DNA of 56,737 bases from an uncultured Alphaproteobacteria bacterium (lineage in GTDB: Bacteria; Pseudomonadota; Alphaproteobacteria; HIMB59; GCA-002718135): the NCBI GenBank assembly GCA_902589095.1, contig CACIRR010000002.1, forward strand, positions 1 through 56,737, read 5' to 3'. Shown in pieces: positions 38,823-48,028 of this stretch. Below the pieces are notes generated by a model. It worked only from the letters and a program-made list of their open reading frames with translations, made no database searches and was not told where the DNA came from. The first letter of the stretch is position 1; every line of letters begins with the position of its first letter. The translations under genes were made by a program, and so were the position numbers.

Positions 38823-40035
38823 TCTTATATATTTATCTCAAAAAAGTTTACGTTCAAATATTTTAAGAAGTGTTTTAACTTCACTTGGAATTATTATTGG
38901 AGTTAGTTCTGTAATAACAATGATATCTATTGGTTCTGGAGCTAGACAAGAAGTAGAAGAACAAATTGAAAGATTTGGTTCAAACAACTTAATTTTGAGG
39001 TCTCAAAGTTCATCTACTAGAGGTGTTTCAATGGGCACTAATTCCGTTAATACTCTAACATTAAAAGACATGGAGGCACTTAAAAATGAATTGCCTGCAA
39101 TTTCTGCTATTGCTCCACGTGTAAGTTTAAGTACACAAATTATTGCAAATGGAAATAATTGGCTAGCAACTGTTACAGGAACTACTAATGATTATTTTAA
39201 TTTAGGAAATTGGAAATTTGAATTAGGAAGATCATTTCAAGAAGATGAATTAGATTCTGGTTCAAGAGTAGCAATAATAGGTAAAACTGTTCAAAAAAAT
39301 TTATTTGGAACAGATAACCCAATTGATGAAGTTATAAGGATTAATAAAGTTCCATTTACCGTCATAGGATTATTAGACGCAAAAGGAGGTACTGCATGGG
39401 CTGATTTAGATGACACAATTGTCGTACCATTAAAAACTGCGAAGCAAAGACTTGTCGCTAAAAAATTTCCAGGAGATCAAATACGCAGTATGACAATAAA
39501 TGTATCTTCATCTGATTTACTTTTTAAAACAGAAAAAGATATTGATACAGTTATGAGAAAATTGCATAAAATTTCTGCGAATGGCAACCCTGATTTTGTT
39601 ATTAGAAATTATGCTCAATTTTTAAATGCGAGACAAGAATCATCCAGAGTCATGTCTATTCTTCTAGCAACTGTAGCTGGTATTTCACTCATTGTTGGAG
39701 GTATTGGTATAATGAATATTATGTTAGTTACTGTGACAGAGAGAACTAAAGAGATAGGTGTTTGTATGTCTGTTGGTGCTAAAAAAAGAGATATTTTACT
39801 TCAGTTTCTAATAGAGTCTCTCATGATCTCGCTTATTGGCGGATTAATAGGTATTGGTTTGGGCTTAGGAGTGATTTTTGGCGTAAGTGAATATTTTAAT
39901 TGGAAGATGAGTCTAGATTATATTTCTCTAGTTTTATCTTTTGTTTTTTCATCATCAATAGGAATTATATTCGGTTTTTATCCTGCTAGAAAAGCAGCCA
40001 ACCTTAATCCAATAGACGCTTTAAGATACGAATAA
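38809..40035 (+). CDS. MacB/FtsX-type ABC transporter permease
   Basis: N-terminal TM, a large periplasmic MacB_PCD-like domain, and a C-terminal FtsX 3-TM bundle (TERTKEIGV...). The ATG at 38809 follows a GAGGA SD. Confidence 0.85.
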   Translation: MSLTDLIYLSQKSLRSNILRSVLTSLGIIIGVSSVITMISIGSGARQEVEEQIERFGSNNLILRSQSSSTRGVSMGTNSVNTLTLKDMEALKNELPAISAIAPRVSLSTQIIANGNNWLATVTGTTNDYFNLGNWKFELGRSFQEDELDSGSRVAIIGKTVQKNLFGTDNPIDEVIRINKVPFTVIGLLDAKGGTAWADLDDTIVVPLKTAKQRLVAKKFPGDQIRSMTINVSSSDLLFKTEKDIDTVMRKLHKISANGNPDFVIRNYAQFLNARQESSRVMSILLATVAGISLIVGGIGIMNIMLVTVTERTKEIGVCMSVGAKKRDILLQFLIESLMISLIGGLIGIGLGLGVIFGVSEYFNWKMSLDYISLVLSFVFSSSIGIIFGFYPARKAANLNPIDALRYE

Positions 40036-40073
40036 AGTATTGATATAAATTCTATAATAAATAACATCATTCC

Positions 40074-40856
40074 ATGTTTAAGCCTGGAGATACAATAGTT
40101 TCAACTGCACGAAATCCTGAAATGAATGAAGGAAGACACTGGAGAGCTAAACTTGGCTTTATATTAATGTCTACAGACTTAGCTGCTGAAGGTGACTTTT
40201 TTGATATGGTACCAAATGATGTAGCTGTTCATATTACAAGATTAAAAACAGACGATTATACTACTAATGAAACCTTATCTCGTCATATAGATTTCATGGC
40301 TGATGCAGCATCAAGAATTCAACCAGATACTAAGCCTGATGTAATAAGCTATAGCTGTACTTCAGGATCAATAGTGATTGGTGAAGAAAAGATTAAAGCT
40401 GAAATCAAAAAAGGCGCACCCTATACCATTCCGATGACTCTTGTAACGGGTGTTATTGATGCTTTGAAAGAATTAAAAATTAATAAAATTGTAGTTGGTA
40501 CTCCTTACTTAGATGAAATTAATACAAAAGAGGCTGAGTTTTTATTTAATAAAGGTTTTTCAGTACTTAATATTCAAGGATTAAACTTAACAACAGGAAT
40601 TGAATTTGGAAAAGTTACACCTGAATATTGGATACAATTTGCAGAAGAAATTAATCATGATGAAGCTGAAGCAATTTTTCTTAGTTGTGGTGGTATAAGA
40701 TCTACTGAAGTTATTGATGAAATTGAAAAGCGAGTTGGAAAACCTGTGATAACTAGTAATCAAGCACAATTTTGGAGTTGCCTTAGAAGAGCTGGCGTAA
40801 AAGATAACTTAAAAGGATTTGGAAGACTTTTTGATCATCAACTTACTACATCATAA
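40074..40856 (+). CDS. Asp/Glu/hydantoin racemase superfamily protein (maleate isomerase / arylmalonate decarboxylase-like)
   Basis: Two catalytic-Cys contexts (ISYSCTSGS and IFLSCGGIR). 260 aa. Confidence 0.65.
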   Translation: MFKPGDTIVSTARNPEMNEGRHWRAKLGFILMSTDLAAEGDFFDMVPNDVAVHITRLKTDDYTTNETLSRHIDFMADAASRIQPDTKPDVISYSCTSGSIVIGEEKIKAEIKKGAPYTIPMTLVTGVIDALKELKINKIVVGTPYLDEINTKEAEFLFNKGFSVLNIQGLNLTTGIEFGKVTPEYWIQFAEEINHDEAEAIFLSCGGIRSTEVIDEIEKRVGKPVITSNQAQFWSCLRRAGVKDNLKGFGRLFDHQLTTS

Positions 40857-41231
40857 ATGATAGATGTAGTTGCTGCAGTAATTAAAAACGATAATAAATA
40901 TTTAATAGCACAAAGAAATAGAAATAAACATTTTGCTTTTTATTGGGAGTTCCCAGGTGGTAAAGTCGATAATGGAGAGACTTTTGAGATTGCTCTTCAA
41001 AGAGAAATTAAAGAGGAACTATCGATTGGTATAAAAATTTATAAAAAAATATCATCTCAAATACACAAAGATGATAAAATAAATGTAAAGGTACATTATT
41101 TTTTATGCGAACATTCAGCTGGTAAAATTATTCTATTCGAGCATGAGGATTTAAAATGGGTAACTAAGAAAGAATTGTCTTCATATAGAATGGCTCCTGG
41201 TGACTCGAAAATTATAGAATTTTTAGCTTAA
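40857..41231 (+). CDS. NUDIX hydrolase (MutT-like)
   Basis: Nudix box GGKVDNGETFEIALQREIKEELSI. 124 aa. Confidence 0.8.
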   Translation: MIDVVAAVIKNDNKYLIAQRNRNKHFAFYWEFPGGKVDNGETFEIALQREIKEELSIGIKIYKKISSQIHKDDKINVKVHYFLCEHSAGKIILFEHEDLKWVTKKELSSYRMAPGDSKIIEFLA

Positions 41232-41237
41232 ATTTTT

Positions 41238-42086
41238 TTATTTTCTCGTTGCTATATAAACACCTAAAGCTGCAATAATTAATCCAATTACATCATTTCT
41301 TAAAAGTTCCTCGTTTAAGACTAACCATGCCATTATGGCTGTAGTTGGAGGCACAAGAAAAAATAAATTGGATGTTTTAGATGCTGTTCCTATCTTTATT
41401 AAATACATTAAAATTGTAAATGCCCCAAAAGATACCATAACAATTTGCCATCCCATTGATAAAATAAAAGAAGTTGTAAAATTTATATATGACATTTCAA
41501 ACAATAATGATGCAAAAAACAAAAATATTGACGCTGCTACTGCTTGATAAAAATTATTTGTGCTTAATGGTAGATTATTTGTAAACTTTTTTTGCCAAAT
41601 GGTAGCAGTTGTTGCCCCAATTAAAGCCACTATAGATGCTATCACACCTACTACTGGTATTGATTTTCCTATATCTAAACCAATTACAAATACTGTTCCA
41701 ATCAGACCAAGAAGTATTCCAATCCATTGTGTTGTATTAACTTTTTCTTTTAAAATTGGGCCAGATAAAATATTTGTTAACACAGGTTGTAAACCTACAA
41801 TAAGTGCTGAAAGAGTCGCTGATAAGCCTACACTATATGAAAAAAAGACTCCGCCAAGATAAAATCCATGAAAAAAAACTCCAGTAACACCAGATTGTAA
41901 TACGAGTGATTTTTTTACAAAAATTTTTTCTTTAAATGCTAAAGCAAACATCAAGAAACCAAAAGCAACTATTACAAAACGAAATGATAATGATGCGAAA
42001 GGACTTGCAGATTGAACAATTATTTGTCCACTAACAAATGCTGAACTCCAAAAAAAAACAAATAAGAAGGGAAAAAGGTTTATCAT
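41238..42086 (-). CDS. DMT/EamA family transporter
   Basis: 282 aa with 10 TM segments in two EamA-like halves. Confidence 0.75.
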   Translation of the reverse strand: MINLFPFLFVFFWSSAFVSGQIIVQSASPFASLSFRFVIVAFGFLMFALAFKEKIFVKKSLVLQSGVTGVFFHGFYLGGVFFSYSVGLSATLSALIVGLQPVLTNILSGPILKEKVNTTQWIGILLGLIGTVFVIGLDIGKSIPVVGVIASIVALIGATTATIWQKKFTNNLPLSTNNFYQAVAASIFLFFASLLFEMSYINFTTSFILSMGWQIVMVSFGAFTILMYLIKIGTASKTSNLFFLVPPTTAIMAWLVLNEELLRNDVIGLIIAALGVYIATRK

Positions 42087-42137
42087 TTATTATTTAATGG
42101 TTAATACACTATAACAAGAATAATTTAAGGAGATACT

Positions 42138-42458
42138 ATGTCAATACTGACCAAATATAATGAAGCTTTTTTAAATAAAGATGAAGCTGCAATGAATGAG
42201 ATTTTGCATGATGATTACAAATTTACAATGCATGCTTCAGGAAATGTTTTATCAAAACAAGATGTTATAAAGTGGGCCATGGGAGATGATATTAATCGAG
42301 ATAAAGTCAGAATTATATATGAAAACGATGAAATTGGTATTGAGCACGCCTTTGTTACGTTTAAAGATGGAAATACACAAGCCGTGATGGCAGTTTTTAA
42401 ATTTCAAGATGGAAAAATTATTTCACTTGAGACAGGTGCTACCAATATGCCAAAATAA
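42138..42458 (+). CDS. SnoaL/NTF2-like fold small protein
   Basis: 106 aa. The pattern YNEAFLNKDEAAMNEILHDDYKF ... FKFQDGKIIS is typical of the cone-shaped alpha+beta NTF2-like fold. Confidence 0.5.
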   Translation: MSILTKYNEAFLNKDEAAMNEILHDDYKFTMHASGNVLSKQDVIKWAMGDDINRDKVRIIYENDEIGIEHAFVTFKDGNTQAVMAVFKFQDGKIISLETGATNMPK

Positions 42459-42468
42459 ATTATCATTT

Positions 42469-42499
42469 AAAGCAAGTAATTAATATTTACTTGCTTTTT
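42469..42499 (+). terminator. rho-independent terminator
   Basis: Perfect 11-bp stem AAAGCAAGTAA / TTACTTGCTTT (42469-42479 / 42487-42497) running into TTTTT. Confidence 0.6.
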
Positions 42500-42502
42500 C
42501 TC

Positions 42503-43165
42503 ATGAATTTACTGATTACAATATTAAAAATTAAAAAAATTCCTAATCTATCATGGAGTTCAAATAATCCCTTAAATTTTAAGCCAAAACTTAATACATT
42601 TACTTATCTAGTATTAGGTTTGATCTTATTTGGATTAGGAGAAACTCTTCTAATTACTGCTAATCAAGGAGTTAGTCCTTGGACTGTTCTTGCACAAGGA
42701 CTGTCATTTCAATTTAATTTATCAATCGGCGTAACGACTTTTATTGTAAGTATAATTGTCTTATTTTTTTGGTATCCTCTAAAACAAAAGCCAGGATTAG
42801 GAACTTTATTAAATGTAATATTAATTTCAATTGTAATAGATTTATCAACTCCAATTTTACCTTACCCCAAAACATTATTTTATCAAATTATACAATCAGT
42901 GATTGCTGTCCTCATTATTGGGATAGGAAGTGGATTTTATTTAACTGCCAACCTAGGCCCTGGTCCAAGAGATGGCTTAATGACAGGTCTACAAAAATTA
43001 ACAGACAAACCAATTGCATTAATTAGGACAATTTTAGAAGTTAGTGCAGTATTGATTGGTTTTTATTTTGGCGGAGTAGTGGGAATAGGAACATTATTAT
43101 TTGCATTTGGGATAGGGCCTGCAGTCTCTTTGGGAATATTTATTGTTATGAAATTTTTTAAATAG
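42503..43165 (+). CDS. YczE/YitT-like polytopic membrane protein
   Basis: GPGPRDGLM motif and about 6 TM segments. I prefer the ATG at 42503 because the track TTG at 42491 lies inside the terminator hairpin. Confidence 0.55.
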   Translation: MNLLITILKIKKIPNLSWSSNNPLNFKPKLNTFTYLVLGLILFGLGETLLITANQGVSPWTVLAQGLSFQFNLSIGVTTFIVSIIVLFFWYPLKQKPGLGTLLNVILISIVIDLSTPILPYPKTLFYQIIQSVIAVLIIGIGSGFYLTANLGPGPRDGLMTGLQKLTDKPIALIRTILEVSAVLIGFYFGGVVGIGTLLFAFGIGPAVSLGIFIVMKFFK

Positions 43166-43855
43166 TTATAATTTTTTTTGACTTAATATTACATCTACAA
43201 TTACTGCTATTAATAAATTCATCATGGTGATTGCACAAATAATTATGAAGCTAAAAAAATATATCCATGCCCACCAATATATTTCTTGTAGTGGAAGCAT
43301 AACAGTTTCCCAGCTAGACAAAGTTAAAACTTGGAAAAGTGTAATTAAAGAAACCCCAACATCTCTCCATCGATAAGGAATAACATCTCCAAATAATATA
43401 GAGCCAATTGTTGCATAGATATAAAGAATGATGAAAAGTAGTAAACTCACATAAAATACTTTTTTAATTGAGTTTATTAATGCTTCTATGATTTTTTTTA
43501 ATTCAGGAATAACTGATATTAATCGCAATACTCTGAATACTCGTAATAGGCGTAATAATAAATAACTAGAATTATTTGGAATTGGAATTAATGAAATAAA
43601 TACTATTATTGAATCAAATATATTCCAACCATTTTTAAAAAAATCTTTTTTATTAGGTTCACTTATAAAGCGTATTAAAATTTCTATGACAAAAAAAACT
43701 GTAATTCCATAATCAAGTAACTGAATGGAATTTTTTATAATAGGATTTAAATCATATGTACTAATACCAACAGTTATTGCATTTAAAATAATAATAAAAA
43801 TTACAGAAAATTGAAAAATTTTAGATGAATTTAATTTAAATAATGTATTTCTCAC
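43166..43855 (-). CDS. voltage-gated ion channel, BacNaV-like single 6-TM domain
   Basis: S4 has Arg at every third position (LRLLRVFRVLRL). The pore region is FQVLTLSSWETVM. The protein ends right after S6. Confidence 0.8.
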   Translation of the reverse strand: MRNTLFKLNSSKIFQFSVIFIIILNAITVGISTYDLNPIIKNSIQLLDYGITVFFVIEILIRFISEPNKKDFFKNGWNIFDSIIVFISLIPIPNNSSYLLLRLLRVFRVLRLISVIPELKKIIEALINSIKKVFYVSLLLFIILYIYATIGSILFGDVIPYRWRDVGVSLITLFQVLTLSSWETVMLPLQEIYWWAWIYFFSFIIICAITMMNLLIAVIVDVILSQKKL

Positions 43856-43929
43856 TTCGTAAATCTTATACTTAAAATAATTTAATTTTAAATAGTAATA
43901 TTTTTTTTCATAATCTATAGTATTTTTAA

Positions 43930-44346
43930 ATGCAAAAAGAAAACCAAGAGAAACTTCAGTGTCCTGAATGTGAGTCTACAAATATTAGATTTAGGTTTAA
44001 AGTTAATACTAAGGAAAAAAATAATGCATATGCCAATGTTACTGAAGAAATGCAGTGTGCTAGTTGTTTTATGGATATTCCTGCCAATGTATTTATTTAC
44101 AATACTGATGATGAAATCGAGGAAAATAAAAAAATATGGCAATCTTTTTACAAACCAGAACATTTAAAAGTTGCTGCTCAGTGTTCAAGATGTAGTCAAT
44201 ATTATTGGCAGATTGAAAAACAACTTTCCGATATTAATATTACTTCTCCTGATATTTTTTATCAAACGTATGATACTAAGGGCAGTGGTGGTAAAATGGT
44301 TTGCCGTTTATGTGACCCAGAAGCTTTTAAAAACAATAAACAATAA
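43930..44346 (+). CDS. double zinc-ribbon protein, function unknown
   Basis: Four CxxC pairs (CPEC/CASC and CSRC/CRLC) are arranged as two ribbons. 138 aa. Confidence 0.5.
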   Translation: MQKENQEKLQCPECESTNIRFRFKVNTKEKNNAYANVTEEMQCASCFMDIPANVFIYNTDDEIEENKKIWQSFYKPEHLKVAAQCSRCSQYYWQIEKQLSDINITSPDIFYQTYDTKGSGGKMVCRLCDPEAFKNNKQ

Positions 44347-44355
44347 GGAGTAAAT

Positions 44356-44544
44356 ATGCCTGTTATTAGAGTAGAGATGTTTGAAAGAACACAAGAACAA
44401 AAAAGAGATTTAGCGAGAGAACTTACAGAAGCTTTTATAAGAACGTGTGGGGGGAATAAGGATGCAATTAAAATTCTTATTACTGAAGTCGATAAAAATA
44501 ATTGGGCTTCAGGTGGCGTTATCACAGCAGATAAGAAAGATTAA
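44356..44544 (+). CDS. 4-oxalocrotonate tautomerase family protein
   Basis: 62 aa with Pro immediately after the initiator Met (MPVIRVEMF...). The beta-alpha-beta pattern is typical of 4-OT. Confidence 0.75.
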   Translation: MPVIRVEMFERTQEQKRDLARELTEAFIRTCGGNKDAIKILITEVDKNNWASGGVITADKKD

Positions 44545-44547
44545 ATA

Positions 44548-45207
44548 ATGAAAACAGCTATTCTTTTTGGGGCGACGGGGTTGGTAGGTAGTCATTTATT
44601 AAATTTATTAGTTAATAGTAATGAGTATGATAAAATTAAAATATTTTCTCGAAAAGAAATCAAAATAAGTAATCCAAAAATTGAAACATTTATTATTGAT
44701 TTCAAGGAACTAGAAAAAAGTAAGGGTGATATTACTGGCGATGATTGTTTTTTCGTAATTGGAACAACCAGAAGAGTCACTCCAAAAAAAAAAGATTACA
44801 TTGATGTTGAATTAAATTTACCAATAAAAATTGCTAAGATTGCCAAAAATAATAATATTAAATCTTTTATTTATGTTTCATCTGGTGGCGCTAATGCAAA
44901 TAGCAGAAATCTCTATTTGCAAAATAAAGGTAAAGCAGAAAAAGAAATAATAAATTTGTCATTTGATTTTACAGCAATTATTCAACCTTCACTTTTATTA
45001 GGAAATAGAAAAGAAAATAGAGTAGGGGAGAGAATAGCTAAATCTATTTTTAAAAGTTTATCTTTTATTTTTGTTGGTAAGCTTAGAGCATTTAAAGCTA
45101 TACATGCTAACAATGTTGCTAAAGCAATTATGCATATCACAAAAAATCAACTAAAGGATTTGTTTTTTACTTCAGATAAACTCGAGGATTTAAGTAGAAT
45201 AAAGTAA
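44548..45207 (+). CDS. NAD(P)H-binding atypical SDR-like oxidoreductase
   Basis: ILFGATGLVGSHL Rossmann motif. 219 aa. Confidence 0.65.
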   Translation: MKTAILFGATGLVGSHLLNLLVNSNEYDKIKIFSRKEIKISNPKIETFIIDFKELEKSKGDITGDDCFFVIGTTRRVTPKKKDYIDVELNLPIKIAKIAKNNNIKSFIYVSSGGANANSRNLYLQNKGKAEKEIINLSFDFTAIIQPSLLLGNRKENRVGERIAKSIFKSLSFIFVGKLRAFKAIHANNVAKAIMHITKNQLKDLFFTSDKLEDLSRIK

Positions 45208-45210
45208 AAA

Positions 45211-45864
45211 TTATTTAAAAATTGTAAGGGTATGATCAAGCCCCTTTAATATATGTTTCTCTAGCGTTTCTGTTGCTAATTTTGTATCTCTTTTTAAGGC
45301 TGCTTCAAATATAATTTTATGCTCTTCTTCAGCTTCTTTGCCTCTATATTCTGTTACTGCCATTTGATAGCGAATATATTTATCATATAAAATAGAGTGA
45401 AGGTTTAATAAATTTTGAGATCTGCAATTAGACACTAATGCTAAATGAAAACCCCAATCATATTTTTTCCATTCTTCTCTATTTTTTTTATAGTCTTTTT
45501 GGGTTTCTTTTTCTAGAAGATGCAATTTATGATGTGAAGCAACTAAATTTCCTTCCCAATCTGTATCTCCATTTTCAATAGATAACTCTAAAGCGTGACA
45601 TTCTAATAATACTCTTAGGTTTGCAATTTCAATTAAATCATCCTGAGAAAAAGAGTTTACAAAAAATCCTCTTTGTTCTTCAGCTTTAACAAAGCCTTCA
45701 CTAGCTAATCTGTTTAATGTTTCTCTAATTGTTGATAGGCTAGCATTATAACTATTTTTTAAGTTATCTAATTTTAATTTTATTGATGGTTTTAATTTTC
45801 CAAATATTATATCTTTTTTAATAACGTCGTATGTTATTGAACTTATTGTATTTTTTTCATTCAT
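45211..45864 (-). CDS. GntR family transcriptional regulator, FCD-type C-terminal domain
   Basis: Winged HTH (LSTIRETLNRLASEGFVKAEEQRGFFV) and an all-helical His-rich C-terminal domain. Confidence 0.8.
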   Translation of the reverse strand: MNEKNTISSITYDVIKKDIIFGKLKPSIKLKLDNLKNSYNASLSTIRETLNRLASEGFVKAEEQRGFFVNSFSQDDLIEIANLRVLLECHALELSIENGDTDWEGNLVASHHKLHLLEKETQKDYKKNREEWKKYDWGFHLALVSNCRSQNLLNLHSILYDKYIRYQMAVTEYRGKEAEEEHKIIFEAALKRDTKLATETLEKHILKGLDHTLTIFK

Positions 45865-46084
45865 AATAAAATATCATATATTTATTACATTATATAATAA
45901 TCTAAATAAAATAATAAATTATTCTATTTTAAATTTTTCTAATTTTGTTTGCATTTCTGTCAAAATATCCCTGCTTTTTCTGAGTCATAATGTAGTTATT
46001 GCTCATTTAGTATATTATTATCATAAATCCGGTGAAATAATTCAAATAGATAAAATTTAAATATTATTAATACTTTTTATTAAA

Positions 46085-48028
46085 TTAATCTCTTAATATT
46101 ATAATGTTGATAGAGTGTGCAGGTATGATTACGTAATTACCTTTAGTCTTTAGTATGTTTCTTTTAATTCTTACTTTATTAATATTTTTATAATCATTCA
46201 TATCTGTTTTATTACTTCCATTTATCGTAAATGTTTTTGTTATTTTAAGGTTATTGTTTAATTTTACACTTACACTTTTATTTTCTGATTTATTTACAAT
46301 TGATATGCAGTATGTTTCATTATTTTTTGTAACTGCTGCATCAATCATTTTATTATTTTTATAAATTGGTTGTTTACCTAATTTTGGAGAAATAAAATTT
46401 TCTGTTTTAATTTTTGATTCTAAAATGACCCCCTTATGATACTTCGTGAATAGTTCTAACACTAATGTTGTAGGCGTTTTCCATATTTTTTTACGATCAA
46501 TTCTATAATTTCCCATCACATTTATAAGATGATATATTCCTGTATTTCTAATTATATCACCTCTATTAATACATGCGTGAAGAAGTGAAGCTGCATATAT
46601 TGCATCAGCTATATTATAATTTTCTATAAAATAGGGTGTATGAGCTTCAACATATGTATTCCATTCATCAAATGCTATTTTAATATCCTTATTTGTATTT
46701 TTTCTTACTTCATTAATGGTTTGATCCAGCATTAATTCTACTTCAGTTGCAGCTGCGACAGTGGGGAGATATCTAGTTTTATAGTTAGGAGGGTTTTTAT
46801 CTTTTTCTGTTCTTATTGAATAATAGTGAACACTTAATTCATCTATTTTTTCTCTGATATTTTTTAGAACTTGTTCATTCCAATGACCAAAATGATCTGA
46901 GCATGCACCTACTGCTATAAAACGTAATTTGTTGTTAATCTTCTTTATGGCTTTTACAAATTGATCATATTTTTTAGCATAAGTAACTGGATCAGTATGC
47001 CCAATCTGCCAACCACCAAACATTTCATTTCCAATGAATATGGTTTTTAAATAATAGGGTTTTTTTCTTCCATTTTTAATTCTCTTTTTGCCATATGTAG
47101 TTCTATGATCGCCAGTTATGTATTCTATCCAATTTTGAGCATCTTCAATTGATCCATCCCCTGTATTAATAGTAATCATAGGTTCGCTTCCTATATATTC
47201 ACACCATTTAAAAAATTCATCAGTGCCCACATCATTATATTCCCATTGATACCAAGCATGATCATAGTAAGGCATCCGATAATCTTTATTTCCAATTGCA
47301 TTTTCCCAATGATAACCAGATAAAAAATTTCCACCAGGCCACCTTATGTAACTAGGTGTCCATTCTTTTATCATTTCAGTAATATCTTTTCTGAAACCAA
47401 AAATTGTATCTTTTGGCATTAATGAACAATTAGCAATATACACAGTGCCCGACTGAATAGTAATTTTAATTTTTTTATTAGAAGAAAATGATTTAAATTT
47501 TATTTTTTTTTTAAATTTATTCCAATTATTTTTAGAAACAAATGAAAATTTATTTTCACCAATTTCTATAAATATTTTTTGATTTTCTCCTTTTGTAATA
47601 ATGCTAAAATCAAATTCATCCTTAGGATCAACAATATATAAATTTTGTTGAATTCCTCTTTTTGTCTTATTTTTTTCTCTAATAGTAATTTGCTGAGATT
47701 GTTTGGCACTTCCATACCTGCTGGTTAGTTCATTACCTTTGACAATGTAATTACTATTTGAATGGGCGTACATGACATATTTTGCTGATGCATTGTAACC
47801 TTTCCAAGGCTGAATAATGCCAAAATCTAGATGATCATGCTCAAGACCATTGTTCCACATTAATTTATCAGGTCCACAAAATTTTCTATTTTGAATTACT
47901 TCAGCCCATATTCCATTTCTATAAATAGCATCACCAATATGCTCAAGATTTGTTCCAAACATATGTTTAGATAAATTGGAAATTATATTTTTTTTGGAAA
48001 AATTAATTTCCGAAATTTTATTAGTCAT
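46085..48028 (-). CDS. GH51-like alpha-L-arabinofuranosidase family glycoside hydrolase (no signal peptide)
   Basis: IRWPGGNFLSGYHWENAIG, acid/base context IGNEMFGGWQIGH, nucleophile context IAFDEWNTY, and a C-terminal beta-sandwich region. It overlaps the upstream ABC ATPase gene by 8 nt. Confidence 0.75.
   Translation of the reverse strand: MTNKISEINFSKKNIISNLSKHMFGTNLEHIGDAIYRNGIWAEVIQNRKFCGPDKLMWNNGLEHDHLDFGIIQPWKGYNASAKYVMYAHSNSNYIVKGNELTSRYGSAKQSQQITIREKNKTKRGIQQNLYIVDPKDEFDFSIITKGENQKIFIEIGENKFSFVSKNNWNKFKKKIKFKSFSSNKKIKITIQSGTVYIANCSLMPKDTIFGFRKDITEMIKEWTPSYIRWPGGNFLSGYHWENAIGNKDYRMPYYDHAWYQWEYNDVGTDEFFKWCEYIGSEPMITINTGDGSIEDAQNWIEYITGDHRTTYGKKRIKNGRKKPYYLKTIFIGNEMFGGWQIGHTDPVTYAKKYDQFVKAIKKINNKLRFIAVGACSDHFGHWNEQVLKNIREKIDELSVHYYSIRTEKDKNPPNYKTRYLPTVAAATEVELMLDQTINEVRKNTNKDIKIAFDEWNTYVEAHTPYFIENYNIADAIYAASLLHACINRGDIIRNTGIYHLINVMGNYRIDRKKIWKTPTTLVLELFTKYHKGVILESKIKTENFISPKLGKQPIYKNNKMIDAAVTKNNETYCISIVNKSENKSVSVKLNNNLKITKTFTINGSNKTDMNDYKNINKVRIKRNILKTKGNYVIIPAHSINIIILRD

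Noticed and set aside
45865-46084. 220-nt spacer between the GH51-like gene and the FCD-type GntR gene, inspected for a terminator, sRNA, or copies of the TGTTATAACA motif.
   Set aside because: I found no convincing GC-containing hairpin with a U-tract and no copy of the motif. It is treated as a plain promoter/3' region, though a weak element could have been missed by eye.
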